64,000 nt of DNA from Felis catus (lineage: Eukaryota). The position numbers were made by a program, and so were the translations under genes. Each line of letters begins with the position of its first letter. The first letter of the stretch is position 1. Below, one piece after another: positions 13,424-26,300 of this stretch. The notes under the pieces are model-generated. The model saw only the letters and a list, made by a program, of their open reading frames with translations, made no database searches and was not told where the DNA came from. The DNA lies in NCBI RefSeq assembly GCF_018350175.1, contig NC_058383.1, positions 4,464,001-4,528,000 on the forward strand. The letters are read 5' to 3'.

Positions 13424-16400
13424 CAAGAAACTCAAGAGGAGGGACAAACCAGTGCTGTGGACCAAGCAACTGAGACTGACAGAACAGACCCACAGGTAGC
13501 CTTCATTAGGACACAGCTCTCCCCAGGGTAGCACAGGTCCCTCTCTGAACTTGAACAATGTAGGCTCAAGCGACAGCAGTCATTTCTTCCAGAATGTATC
13601 AGGACAAAATTTAGCTTAAAAAAACCCATCCCCTTTCCACAGTGGCATGCTAGTAAGAAAAGAGTTTTCTGAGTACATGATTTGAAAAACTAGGTATGCA
13701 AGGAGTCATTTGTGGGTCCCCCAAGGGACTTCACATCTACCCATTTCAGGGGAATCCCACCCTCTGGTGGTGGCGGACATTTTACAAACCTGGGAGAAGC
13801 TCCTCCTTTCTAGGAACTCCTCACCTGCACACACTCACTGCTGGCATCAGTCTCCCCCTTCCTTGTGCGGCAGCTGTTGTTTCCTGACCTAAGAAGCGCC
13901 AGACTCTGGAGCGAGTGCTTCACCTGCATCACGCCGTTTACTCCTGGGCCCCTGCTTTAGGACACACGGCCGTTCTCGTTTCACAGATTAAAGAACCATG
14001 GCTTGGGGAGGGGACGTATTTACCCTAAGTCACAAAGTCAAGAAGTGGAAGAGTTGGAATGAAAGCATGAGCCGATTTAACATCAAAATCCCTGGTCTTA
14101 ACCACCGCGCCAGACTGTCTCCTGAGCCACAGTGCAGGCGACAGCCACGGGCACCTCGGGGTCTACGGCCTCACCACACCCAGCACAGTGCTGGGTCCAG
14201 AGCAGCATATCAACGAATGCCTCTCATATAACTGTTTCCGAAAGAATCTCCAAACAGAGAGCTTAGTAATAAAGCCCAGCAAAAGCGCCTGTTCCAAGCT
14301 ATGCTGACAGAGGAGGAACACAAAGCCCGGGAACAAGAAGCTGTGTGACTGGCCTCCTAGAAGATGGCAACATTTTAACCACCTAGAGCAGTTTCAATGG
14401 GCGAGAAAAGAAGCATTGGAATGTTCTCTGGGAGCAAGACATAGTAATGCCCATGCCCACCTCCCGCAGGTCAAGGAGACAGGCAAATACCAAGTCCACA
14501 TGGACACTTCGGCCTGTCTGGACCGCTGGGCTCTGAAATGCACTCCACTACCTGAGGGAGGGGCTGCAGTCAAGCCTGGCGCTTCAGGGGAGGAGTGTGA
14601 GGGTCGCGCCAGCCCTCCCGAGGGGCAGCCATTGCAGCGCTGCCCGTGCCCACTTACCGGCCTCCTCTAAGGCCAAGGGGGAGAAGCTGCTGTTTTCACC
14701 ATTCGGTGCCCATGATCAAGGGATAAAAAGGATGAACTGTAGGAGTAAAAACTACTCCTGTGGGGCTAAGGGGAAACAAAAACAAATGTTTTATTCATAC
14801 TGGCCTTTTCATTTAGCCCATGTGTATGTAAATATACATGTACATATCATTACCTTTCCTCCTCTCAGATAGAAATCTACCTCCCTTTCAAGTAAGTGCT
14901 GCAAACAACAGCAGATACGGCATTTACAGGACTTTTACTGGGAAGGCAGGGGAGGAAAGAGGTAAGCAATATTTACCTTCTGTGTTTTTATTCTTCTCGG
15001 GAACACACAAACACGCACGCACACCCACTGAAAGAACCAAACTCTCTAATCGTTGTTAGATGTGTTAAGATATCAAATAATGAAGTGTAATTATCAACCA
15101 AAATTTTTCAAGGATCAAACAGCCTATGACGAACAGATTCACTATGCTGTTTGCTATGAGGAACTTTAAAAAGTGGAAAATGACAAAAATATTAAGTTCC
15201 ATAGGATTAAATCCTGAAACCTCACTGCCATGATGCCAGCTCTGCTCCGTGCTTGACGGGAGGGCGGCTGACACGGATGCCGCCTGGGATCCCCTCTGGG
15301 ATCGTGTCTGAGGTGGGGAGGCCTCCCTCTGGGTTCTTGCCACTGGGTGATATTGTCACCCGACTCCACACCTCCGTGGCCGCTTGGTAGGGCAGCTGTG
15401 GGGAATGCCGGGAGTCCTGTGAGGCACCTACCCAGCATGCCTGCGCACCACTGCAGCCCGAGGTCTTAAGCTATTCAGCGAGAACCCTCGGAAGGAAGTG
15501 ACTCACCTTGCGAGCAGGGGCAGGCCACCTCCCCCGAGAGGGAATTCCCACCCCACCCCACTCCCTGTGTGGACTCGCATCATGCAACATGGACTTCCAC
15601 GCCAGTGAATGAGCCCTCACTCTGGAACTTAAAAAATCCTTTTGTTACCCAAACATTCGGTTCTTGTCAACATAACTTCCTGAATAAAGATCCTCCCTAG
15701 TAGTGGGAACAAGAGGATCAAGCTTCATTCACATCTAGATAAATGTAAATGCCTGTGCTCAGCACAGGAGTCAGCTGACTGGCTGGGGCTCAAATTATAG
15801 TGCTGCTAATAAGTGCCAACCGTCCACTGTCACAGCTGGAGCCGCCCTGGCACTGACAGCTGGGCCAGGCTCATTGACATGCTCTTCACGCAGCCATTCA
15901 GCTACTGTAGGCGGCTGCAGATGCCTGTTTTTTAGCAACAAACTGGCTCACTGCAGATGTGAATTTTGGTTGGATTTCACTGCTACAGAGTCAATCAATA
16001 ACACTGAAAGCTACAAAGGATAGGACAGGGCCTAGAAAGGGTAGAAAAAGATGTGTAGGGAAGAGAGATGAGAGACATAGGAAAAGAAAGCAAGAAAGAG
16101 ACAGGGAAACAAAGACATGTGACACTGGGAACAGACGAGTGTTTGCACAGCCACACTCACCCTCTTAGCCTCACTAAGGGACACCAAACCAGGTGTCCTT
16201 CACAGTTCTGTGGACTGAAGTCTCATGGCCTGATAGGTCTCCCTTCTTGACCACTTACTTCCTGAATATTCTCAAACCTCCATCTTGTGGCCCTGGCTAC
16301 CATTCTGGAAAGTTCTACCTACAAACCTCTGAATTTATGGAACAAATCTATGGTTCTGGGAAGGTACAGAAGGACTCAACAGGGAATAAATATTCCAGGA

Positions 16401-17069
16401 GCATCGCTTTGAAATCTCCTTTTATCTAACACTCAGCAGTCCCACACCAAACATCCAATTCATTCCTAAAAGCAGCATGCTGAAAACAAACTGATGAATC
16501 CTTTATCTGAAAACACACAGGGCGCTAAGGGCCTGGACAAAAGCATTCCATCATATCAATGAGACAAAGACTCTCTCTCCATTTCATCAAAGATACAGGA
16601 TCTCATTCTCTTCAGGGATTTTGGAGGAATGAGTCCAGGCATTCAAGCCCCCGTCTAGATAATGCATTAATATAAACGCCTCATCTCAGAATGACAAGTT
16701 CCTGGAAATCTAACCGGAGTTTAGATTACTGGCAAAGATGCCGCAACGAGGAAGCAGATGCCCTTAGTCTCATGTGGGCCAGAATCAGTTTGTGGCTCAT
16801 TTCTTAAACATTAGCAACCTTCAAGGATGAACGGTTTGTTTAGCCACCTAGTTGAAAAGAAACATCATAAAGATAATTTGTGTAAGTCTAAAGGTCAAAG
16901 CGTATGTTCTAAAAACACTGACATCTTTGAGGTTACATTCTGAATGCACATACTGATTTGCTTTGGTACTAAGCCCAAAAGAATACTGTCAATTCTGTTT
17001 AGGAGACAGTGTCTTGCTGACTGACATACTTTTGAAATGCTCCAGAGAAAACCCTTCCTCGTGGAGTAT

Positions 17070-17088
17070 CAGTGCCACCTAGTGGTGA
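17070..17088 (-). promoter_or_regulatory. Candidate CTCF site
   Basis: Minus strand reads CACCACTAGGTGGCACTG, matching the CTCF core CCASYAGRKGGCRS. Confidence 0.6.
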
Positions 17089-18419
17089 CTCTCCATAGCG
17101 CTTGATAAGAACGGACCAGGTTGGTCAGATTGGTAAGCTCTCCTGGGTGCAGGTTCCCAAGAGACAGTTTTCACTTTATTTTCCATGGTGGGCCAACCTC
17201 TGCAGACCTCACCCCAGTGGCAGAGAGCGCGTCTGTAAGGCGAAGGCGCATGCTATCACCTGCAGGGGTGGGTCAAGTTCTGCTGAAGGACACTGTAATT
17301 GATAACGCCTGCCTTCTGATGCACTTTCTTTACTGGAAAACATTACCAAGGGACGTGAAAAGATCTGCATAAATGGAAATACCTACTTTGAAGTTAGCAG
17401 GACTCACCACTTTAAAGATAATAATTTCCCCAAACTCACCTATGCATCTGAAGAGATCCTAAATCAAATGCTAGCAACATTTCCTAACTCGGTCACCTAC
17501 TTCCTAAATGCCCCACCGCAGGCCTGCTGTATTCCCAGCTGCGTTCCCTGTCCCGGGGCTCCCTCCTTTCAATGCTTCTTACTCCTGACTCCCCAAATTT
17601 TCCTCTAGCTTAGCTCTCACCTCATGTTCCCGACTCTAGCACTTTGCAAGTAATTCCCGAGCACCTACCACGTGCCAGGCATTAGCAAAACATGCACATA
17701 CTCAATCTCCCCATCCTCAAAACTCCGCCTTCCCAAAACAGAATTAACCTTCTCTCCTGGAATCTCTTTCTCTTCTATTTTCAATTGTGTGTGAATAGCA
17801 TCATCACCCACTTAGTGGCCTAAACCAGAGAAGTGAGTCATCTGGACTTCTCCCTACCCCCACAGTCAGAATATCTTCTTCTAATCCTATCTCGCCATTA
17901 TCTTTCAAATCTGTTCTTTTTCCCCATACTCATAGTCTCCATACTCATAGTCATGATCTGTATTGGTCCGGACGTGTTAAGTCATGCTGGTGGGAATAAA
18001 TTCAAACTCCGGTAGCTCAAGAGAGACACTTATTTCTACACGTCCATCTTGGCAGAAGGAAAAGAGACAACAAACCATTAGATCTCTATTGTGTTTAAAA
18101 AAACCAAACAAGTGAAATCCTATTAACAAATCTTACAGTGTACAGTACAGTATCGCTAACTGCGTGTGCACTGTTGCATAGCAGGCCTCTAGAACGTGTG
18201 CATCTTGCGTGACTGAAATTTTATACCCACCGCACGGCAGCTTCCTATCCCCCCCCCCCCCCCCCCCCCGCCTCTGGAGCCACCAATCTACTTTCCGCTT
18301 CTGCAAGGGACTACACCTCCAGTAGGTGGAATCCTACAGTATTTGTCCTTTTGTGATGGGCTTGTCTCACTAGTATAATATCTTCAAGGTTCACTCATAT
18401 TGTAGCATGACAGGATTTC

Positions 18420-18617
18420 TTTGTTTTTTGGAGACAGAGCTCATGTGCACTTGAGGAGCAAAGGGAGGGAGGGAGGGAAGGAATCTTGAGAAGGCTCCAC
18501 ACTCAGTGGGGAGCCCGATGCAGAGCCCCGTGAGGCTTGATCTCACAACTCTGAGATCATGACCTGAGCCGAAATCAAGAGCTGGATGCTCAACTGACTG
18601 AGCCACCCAGGCACCCC
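18420..18617 (-). mobile_element. CanSINE (older SINEC)
   Basis: gagccgaaatcaagagctggatgctcaactgactgagccacccaggcacccc. Confidence 0.88.
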
Positions 18618-18844
18618 AGGACTTGTTTTTTCTAAAAAACCTGAATAACATTCCATTGTATGGATAGATATCTCCTTTAGCCATTCATCCATGGATGGAC
18701 ATTTAGGTTGTTTCCGTATCTTGGCTACCGTGAACAATAATGCAATAAACAGGAGTACAAATATCTCTTCAAGATCCTGTTTCTAATTTTTTAGGACAAA
18801 TACTCAGCAGTAGGATTCCTAGATTATATGGTAGCTTTATTTTT

Positions 18845-18949
18845 AATTTTGTAAAGACTTTATTAAGTAATCTCCACACACGAGGCTCAAACTTACTACC
18901 TCATGATCAAGAGTCACATGCTTCATCAACTGAGCAAGCCAGGCGCCCC
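18845..18949 (-). mobile_element. Short CanSINE
   Basis: gatcaagagtcacatgct...gagcaagccaggcgcccc. Confidence 0.8.
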
Positions 18950-19195
18950 TATTTTTAATTTTCTGAGGACACCCCATGCTGTTTTCCACAGGGATGTACT
19001 GTTTTACACGCCCATTAACAACGCACAATGGTTTACATTTCTGCACATCTTTGTCAACACTTGTCATTTTCTTTTTCCTTTTTGTGAGAGTGTGCATCCC
19101 AGTAGATGTGAAGTGATCTCACTGGGGTTTTGATTTGCATTACCCTGATGATTAGTTATGTTGAGCACCTTTTCATACACCTGTTGGCCATTTGT

Positions 19196-19425
19196 TTTTT
19201 TTTTTTTAATTTTTTTTTCAACGTTTTTTTTATTTATTTTTGGGACAGAGAGAAACATAGCATGAACGGGGGAGGGGCAGAGAGAGAGAGAGAGACAGCA
19301 TCGGAAACAGGCTCCAGGCTCCGAGCCATCAGCCCAGAGCCTGACGCGGGGCTCAAACTCACGGACCGCGAGATCGTGACCTGGCTGAAGTCGGACGCTT
19401 AACCGACTGCACCACCCAGGCGCCC
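19196..19425 (-). mobile_element. Young SINEC_Fc
   Basis: Near-consensus body; 18-nt TSD cacctgttggccatttgt at 19178 and 19429. Confidence 0.95.
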
Positions 19426-19465
19426 TGTCACCTGTTGGCCATTTGTATGTCTTCTTTGAAAAACT

Positions 19466-19689
19466 TTTTTTTTTTTTTAACGTTTTTTTTTTTTTTTATT
19501 TTTGGGACAGAGAGAGACAGAGCATGAACGGGGGAGGGGCAGAGAGAGAGGGAGACACAGAATCGGAAACAGGCTCCAGGCTCTGAGCCATCAGCACAGG
19601 GCCCGACACGGGACTCGAACTCACGGACCGCGAGATCGTGACCTGAGCTGAAGTCGGACGCCTAACCCACTGCGCCACCCAGGCGCCCC
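19466..19689 (-). mobile_element. Young SINEC_Fc
   Basis: Near-consensus body; TSD gaaaaact at 19458 and 19690. Confidence 0.95.
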
Positions 19690-19729
19690 GAAAAACTGTC
19701 TATTCGAGTCCTTTGTTCATGTTTAAACA

Positions 19730-19940
19730 ATTTTTTAACGTTTATTTTTGAGAGAGAGATAGAGACAAAGCAGGAGTGGGGGAAGGAGAGAGAGAGAGAG
19801 GGAGACACAGAATCCAAAGCAGACTCCAGGCTCTGAGCTGTCAGCACAGAGCCTGAAGCGGGGCTCGAACTCACAAACCACGAGATCATGACCTGAGCCA
19901 AAGTTAGGCCCTTAGCCAACTGAGCCACCGAGGCACCCCC
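19730..19940 (-). mobile_element. CanSINE without an evident TSD
   Basis: Full body; flanks derive from different parts of L1. Confidence 0.9.
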
Positions 19941-21160
19941 TGGCCATTATTTTTTCAAATAAGCTTTCTGTCTTTTTCTCCCTTCTCCTTCTGAAACTCT
20001 TATAAGATATACACTGTTTCACTTGATGGTGTCCCTCGCATTTGTCTCTTAAGCTTTCCTTGTTCATTTTTTTTCTTTTTGCTCTTCTTAGTAATTTCAA
20101 ATGACTTGTCTTTGAGTTCACTAATTCTTTCTTCTGTTTAGTCAAATTGGATACTGAATCCCTGTAGTGAAATTGTCCGTCAGTTACTATACTCTTCAGC
20201 TCCAAATTTTGTTGGGATTCTTCTCTATATTTTCTCTTTGTTGATACTCCCATTTTGTTCACATATCATTTTCCTGAGCTTGTTTAACAGCTTTATGATT
20301 ATTTTGAATTGTTTGTCATGTAATTCTCATACCTTCCTTTCTACAGGGTCCTTTCTGGAGATCTACTTTGTCCCTTTGGTTGGACCATGTTTTTCTTGTG
20401 CCTTGTTACTGTGTGGTAGGATCTACACATTTTAAGCAACAGTCACCTCTCCCAGTCTTTACACAATGGCTTTGTGCAGGGAAAGACCTTCACCAATCAG
20501 CCTAGCTAGAGATTCTGGGAGCTGTTACTGAGGATATGTCTTCTCTGGAATTAAGTGTGAATTCCCAATTTGAGAAGTTTTGCAGTTTCCTTATTCATGA
20601 GCCTGCAATTTCTTTCTCCCTCTGGTGTCTGTCTATGGTACTGCAGGTTCTCTGGAGCTGGTGTAAACTGTCCAGCTCCTTCTCGTTCTCCGCGGTTCCT
20701 GGGCATCTAGAGTACGGTGGGTCTCATCAATGCTGAGCTCGGCAAGAAAGAAACTAGTCCCTTAAAAAACCTCCTTCCCCAAGAAGCTAGAAACTGGGTA
20801 CATGCTCCACTCTTCCTTTCCCTGAGGGAGAAGCTGTCAAGCTGTATCAGCCTCTGCCTCCATCTGTGTGAACTGTGGGTCCTCTGGGGTGGTAGCCAGC
20901 CTCTCGGCTCTCCTGTGTTCTCAGAAGCATCCAGGCATCTAGATCATGCAGGATCCCGTCAGTGCTCTGAGTCTGGCGAGACAACAACCAGTCCTGTAGA
21001 CAGTACTCCCAAAAGCCGGAAGACTGGACACACGTTCCAACTCTTTCCCTATTCCCGGGGAGAAGCCAGAAGTTGGGAGTTTTTCTCTAGTTCTTTCCAC
21101 ACTAAGTTGAGGGGGAGGGCAAAGGTACAGGAGCGTATACTAGTTTAAAATACTGCTTTT

Positions 21161-21481
21161 GGGGGTGCCTGGGTGGTTCATTCGGTAGAGCATGCAATTC
21201 TTGATCTAGGGGTCGTGACTTCAAGCCCTATGTTGGGCACAGAGCTACTTAAATTAAAAAAAAATAAAATTAGGGTGCTTGGGTGGCTCAGCTGATGAAG
21301 CATCCAACTTCGGCTCAGGTCACGATCTCATGGTTTGTGAGTTCGGAGTCTGTGCTGACATCCCGAAGCCTCCTTAGAATTCTGTGTCTCCCTCCCTCTC
21401 TGTCCCTCCCCTGTTCATGCCCTGTCTCTCTCTCTCAAAAACAAAACACTGAAAAACTTAAAAAGTAAATAAATAAATAAA
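21161..21481 (+). mobile_element. Two tandem CanSINEs (21161-21267, 21273-21481)
   Basis: Two GGGTGC(C/T)TGGGTGG heads, each followed by an A-rich tail. Confidence 0.88.
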
Positions 21482-22072
21482 ATGTAGTAAGTAAATAAAA
21501 CGTTGCCTCTGTTCGCAGCAGCCTCCAACCTGGTGCCCCTTCCTGTCAGTGCTTAGATTCAGGAAAGACAGAAGCCAGCCCCTTGGGTAGCTGCCCAAGA
21601 AGTCTGGATGCCAGATATATGCTCCAGTCTTTCCTTTCCCCCCTCCAGGGGGGAAGCTAGGATTTAGGGGTTTCCTGGATGTGCAGGTGGGAGTGGCTCT
21701 GGCAACAGAGTTCCATGAATGTTCCCATAGGCTTTAATACAGCTGGCTTTGTACTGTTTGGAATGAGGGAACCTCTTAACTGGTTTCTAAGTTTCTCCCA
21801 AAGGGAACTGGTCTGTGTACTGCTGATCAGCGTTTCGGGGGCGGGGGGGGGGGGAGCGGGGAGGGGGAGGGTCTGAGGCTGCTGACTGTGCCATCTTCTT
21901 GACATTACCCCAAATCATGTTTTGACCACTTTTCCTGCAAGTGACTGACTTCATCCAGACTGACATTTCATTGACCAAAAGAAGTTACAGGACCACCTCC
22001 AAGTTCAACAGGGCACGTATATCCCTTCCACAGAAAGGAAGCGGAATATTTGATGTTTCTGCATCAGATCCT

Positions 22073-22196
22073 TTAAGAGTAGGCTTCATGCCTAGTGTGG
22101 AGTCCAACATGGGGCTTGAACTCATGACCCTGAGATTGACACTTGAGCTGAGATCGGGAGCCGGAAGCTTAACTGACTGAGCCACCCAGACGCCCC
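22073..22196 (-). mobile_element. Short CanSINE
   Basis: Reverse head gagccacccagacgcccc; TSD-like tctgc(a/t)tcagatc. Confidence 0.85.
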
Positions 22197-22980
22197 TCTG
22201 CTTCAGATCTTAAAAGCCACTGGGAGACTTTCACTCACATCTCAGGTTGGATGTTCTCAAGACACTCACAGGACACTGTCAGACACATGAGCGTAACTGT
22301 CTTTGGAGAATAATAGCTGTACCTTCAGTCTTCCAAATTGTGTATGAACACTTTTATTGGCAGGGTCTAATTTGGAATTCTATCAGGAAGTGCAGTTCCC
22401 AGCTCCACCTTAGGCAATTCATGGAGACTCCACAGTTGGTGGCAGTGATGTGCATCTTTCACCTGGACTACACAACAGCCAGAGAGACCTCCCTGTTACC
22501 TGTCCCTTTGTCCCCCCTCTCTTACTGGTGCTCCAGGCCTGCATGGCCTGACCCCACCTAGTCTGTAAGCCTTCAGTATGCTACTGTTCCTCAGACCTAG
22601 AATATTCCAACATCTTCACTTCCCCCCACACCCCTACCTTTCCTTCCCTTGGCTACTGGGGCCTCCCCAGGCATTCTGGTGCTGGGTGCATGGGAAGCAC
22701 ACAGGGCAGACAGGTACTACGCTTAGTTCCAAAAGCCGGAGACTATTGGGACAACTGTTAGAGCAACAGCCTGCAGTGGGGATAAATTATTACATGGACA
22801 CATCAGTTCTAAGAACGCATTCAGATTTTACACAGAAATGTGAATGCTGAAAACAAAGGGAATAAAGTTTCGTCCATTAGTTTAGTTTCTTCCTCCTTTT
22901 CCAATGACTACTTTCATTTCTCCCCTCTCCCATAAGGCAGAGATATTATAATGTTCAACTCTTGTCATGCTATTTTCTTT

Positions 22981-23098
22981 TTGAAAGTAGGCTCCATGCC
23001 CAGTGCAGAGCCCAATGCAGAGCCCAGTGCAGGGCCTGAACTCACAACCCTGAGAAAAAGACCTGGGTGGACGCTTCTCTGAGCCGCCCAGGTGCCCC
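22981..23098 (-). mobile_element. Short CanSINE with a 12-bp unit repeated three times
   Basis: cccagtgcagag/cccaatgcagag/cccagtgcaggg; reverse head ccaggtgcccc. Confidence 0.8.
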
Positions 23099-23204
23099 TC
23101 TGGTCGTGCTATTTTAGAAAAATGGTTTAAAAATACTTGTCTAGGTTGCTGCCCATATTTATCAAAAGCTCTAAGTGGCTTGTAAACAGTTAACACATTT
23201 AAAT

Positions 23205-23424
23205 TTTTATTTTATTTTTAAAAATTTTAACGTTTATTTATTATTGAGAGACAGAACATGAGCGTGGGAGGGGCACAGAAGAGGAGGAGACACAACATCT
23301 GAAGCAGGCTCCAGGGTCTGAACTGTTAGCACAGAGCCCAACGTGGGGCTCGAACCCACAAACTGCGAGATCATGACCTGAGCCGAAGCCGGATGTTTAA
23401 CCGACTGAGCCACCCAGGCGCCCC
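23205..23424 (-). mobile_element. CanSINE
   Basis: Full body; TSD agtt(a/g)acacattt. Confidence 0.92.
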
Positions 23425-24024
23425 AATAGTTGACACATTTTAAAACGCTTTTAGTTAACAGAGGAGCCTAGTTAAAAAGAAGAAACATTTTCTGCCACGA
23501 GGTGCTTAGATGGCTTCGGTGTCACCCGACACAATCAGTTCTCCTGAGAACAGTGAATAATCAGATGCGACAGAGAGGATGCCATGATGCCCAGTCCTTT
23601 AATCAAAGAAGTGTCACTTGGACTTCGAAAACCACAGGGAGGGAGGGGAAGAGAGAGGGAGAGGGAGAGAGAGAATGTGTGTGTGTACACGCATATGTGT
23701 GCACACAGGGGAAGTATTTGAGCACAGCAGGGTAGTGAAAAGAGCAATCAAGAAAAATGCTGGCCCAGTAGAAGAAACTAGAAACCCTTCACGTTTGACG
23801 TGAAGCTATCTGCCCTCCTAGGAAAAGGTATACAGCAGGGTTCCAGAGCTTTGTGACAGGATTCCACATGTGGCCCGTTTCTCTGTAACCAAGTCAAGCA
23901 TGATTCACAAGTGGTGATCTTCATTTGCTTTCATGAAAAGCAGAGCACACAAATGCTGCTCACAGGTCAGCATGCAACCAGCCACTATCTGGGCCATTAG
24001 TGTTGTCCACAATACCATAATTCA

Positions 24025-24255
<231 letters not shown>

Positions 24256-24641
24256 TTAAAACAGGGACTGAGGCTCTCCATCATGCTGGCTCTTATCAGA
24301 AATGCAGGCGCCACTCTGAGTCCTGCCTCAGTGTAAACCACTCCGTAAACACAGACCTTCTACCTTTGTGAGAACGCCTCACACCTATGTCATCTCTCCC
24401 CCAGCCCCCCAACCCAATGCGTAATGACGGTCCTCTAAACCAAGCGACGAGAGGTGCCAAGGAATGTGGTTACAAACATGAAGGGCAGATCTTCCCTTAT
24501 TGTTACTGCTCAGGAGAAAACTGCCAGAAGACCTGGAAGATCCAGCTTTGTTACAGAGGTTTCGTCGTCTATGCCAGTGGGTAGGCCGTCTTCCTAACGG
24601 GGACTGAGATCACAGATGACAAGCTCCACTCAGAGGACTCA

Positions 24642-24791
<150 letters not shown>

Positions 24792-25229
24792 CTACAAGTG
24801 GAAGGTCAGGAGACAAAGAAAGAAAAGAAAACTCAACCAAGTTTTCAGAAACACAAAAGCCTCAGTGGTTCAACGTATTCCTCAACGGGAAGCAAATAAA
24901 TAGTGGATAAGAAGGAGATCACACTCAAAATAAGGAAAGCATGAATAAACCCTACAAAGTCCATCTCTGGCGGCACCAGAGGGCCCGTCACAGTCCAAAC
25001 CACAGGGACATGGAGAGTGACGAGGAAGGACGCGGCACAGTGTCTGAAAAGGAGAGATTTGTGAGAAGCGAACGGATTCCCTCCACAGGCCCTGAAAAGG
25101 TTGGAGGTTGAGACCACATGGGAGGCGGAGGTGAGTGGTACAAGGGACTGACGAGAGTACAGAGTAGAACTCTTCCAGGAGAAAGGACAATGGCCTCCGG
25201 GACAGCTGCACCCGAGGGCCCTGGACGTT

Positions 25230-25475
25230 GTCTTCAAAGCCACCAGCAGCTCACCGAGTCCTTCCCACGTCACGCCACGTCCTCTTCTGCTCTCGCATCC
25301 ATTTTTAAGGACTCCTGTGATTACACTGGGCCCGCCTGGATAACGCAGGGTAGTCTCCCATTTCAAGGCCACCAGACTAGCAACCTTAGTTCCCCTGTGC
25401 CACGGAGGTAACATTCCACAGGCTCTGGGATGAGGACATGGACGTCTCTGGGGAGGCCATCATTCTGCCTGCCAC
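25230..25475 (-). mobile_element. MLT1-type (ERVL-MaLR) LTR relic
   Basis: ttttaaggactcctgtgattacactgggccc...ggatgaggacatggacgtctctggggaggccatcattctgcctgccac matches the reversed MLT1C/D 5' end as recalled. Confidence 0.75.
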
Positions 25476-25709
25476 GCCGCTCTGCCCCCGTTACTCAGTT
25501 CTTGACTCAAGTACGAGCAACTTTAGAATAACTGAGGCTGAGTGGTTTGATTATTGGTTAGGCATTCACAAAATTTTGGGTTTTAGGTATTTATTAAGAC
25601 AAAACTCCTTCCCACACCGTGTTATGCTAACGTCAAGAGACACCAACTCTGGACAGAGAAATATGATCTTGTACAGTTGTTCATTTTTTTTTCCAAGCCT
25701 ACTTACCTA

Positions 25710-25803
25710 TTTTTAAGTAATCTCTACACCCGATGTGGGGCTCAAACTCACGAGCCCAAGATCTAGAGTCACATATTCATCAGACTGAACCAGCCAGGAG
25801 CCC
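25710..25803 (-). mobile_element. Short CanSINE
   Basis: taatctctacacccgatgtggggctcaaactcacg...ccaggagccc. Confidence 0.8.
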
Positions 25804-26162
25804 AACAGTTATTCATTTTAATGCAACTATCAAATTCTTCAAAAATTTTATTAAAAAAACCCCCAACAACACACTCTCATATATTCACATAGCTGCAAAG
25901 ACCTCTGAGTTCAGGCTTTTTGTTATGAAAATGAAGATGAGTGAAGGAGGTGCTCCTGGAGCAGGCACAGGGGGACACCGGGCACGGAGAGTGACGCCAC
26001 TCGCTTACGACACCATCGCTGCAAGCAGGGACCGCCTAGGAATCCCACACACGCCAGCCTGTCTCACCCCCCAAAGGGCCATTCCACGAGGCATGTGCAC
26101 TGGTAAGTGTGTCGCATCCTCTGTGAACACCTCGCACGCGTGGACATGTCCCATGTTCTCAC

Positions 26163-26300
26163 CTTCCCAGATCCGAAGACGGCCTCTTGGGCGTATCTGA
26201 TGAGACACTCTTTGCAGAACAAGTGCGCGTCCGCACACTGCGTCAGCTCCTCAAACGGAAACTCCCCGTAGCAGCAGCGGCACTCGATCAGCTGGCCGTC
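26163..26300 (-). CDS. RNF216: RNF216 exon 11 (138 nt), RING1: [46 protein letters not shown]
   Basis: Acceptor ggcccgcAG, donor GTGAGA. Cys/His spacing fits RING1 of an RBR ligase. Confidence 0.97.

Larger units (their letters stand above)
18085..21905 (-). mobile_element. Old L1 (3' UTR and ORF2 C-terminus; ORF1 N-half and 5' UTR), interrupted by seven SINEs
   Basis: Peptide relics FTVAKIRKQPKCPSMDEW (ORF2 end) and QQNLELKSIVT...ESLFEKIMA (ORF1 coiled coil), plus repeated 5' monomers. Confidence 0.8.

Noticed and set aside
12328..13558. Low-complexity ORFs (CVCV, poly-W, poly-V)
   Set aside because: Translations of microsatellites.
24845..25414. 189-aa ORF on the minus strand
   Set aside because: It starts in an MLT1 LTR relic within intron 11 and has no recognisable domain.
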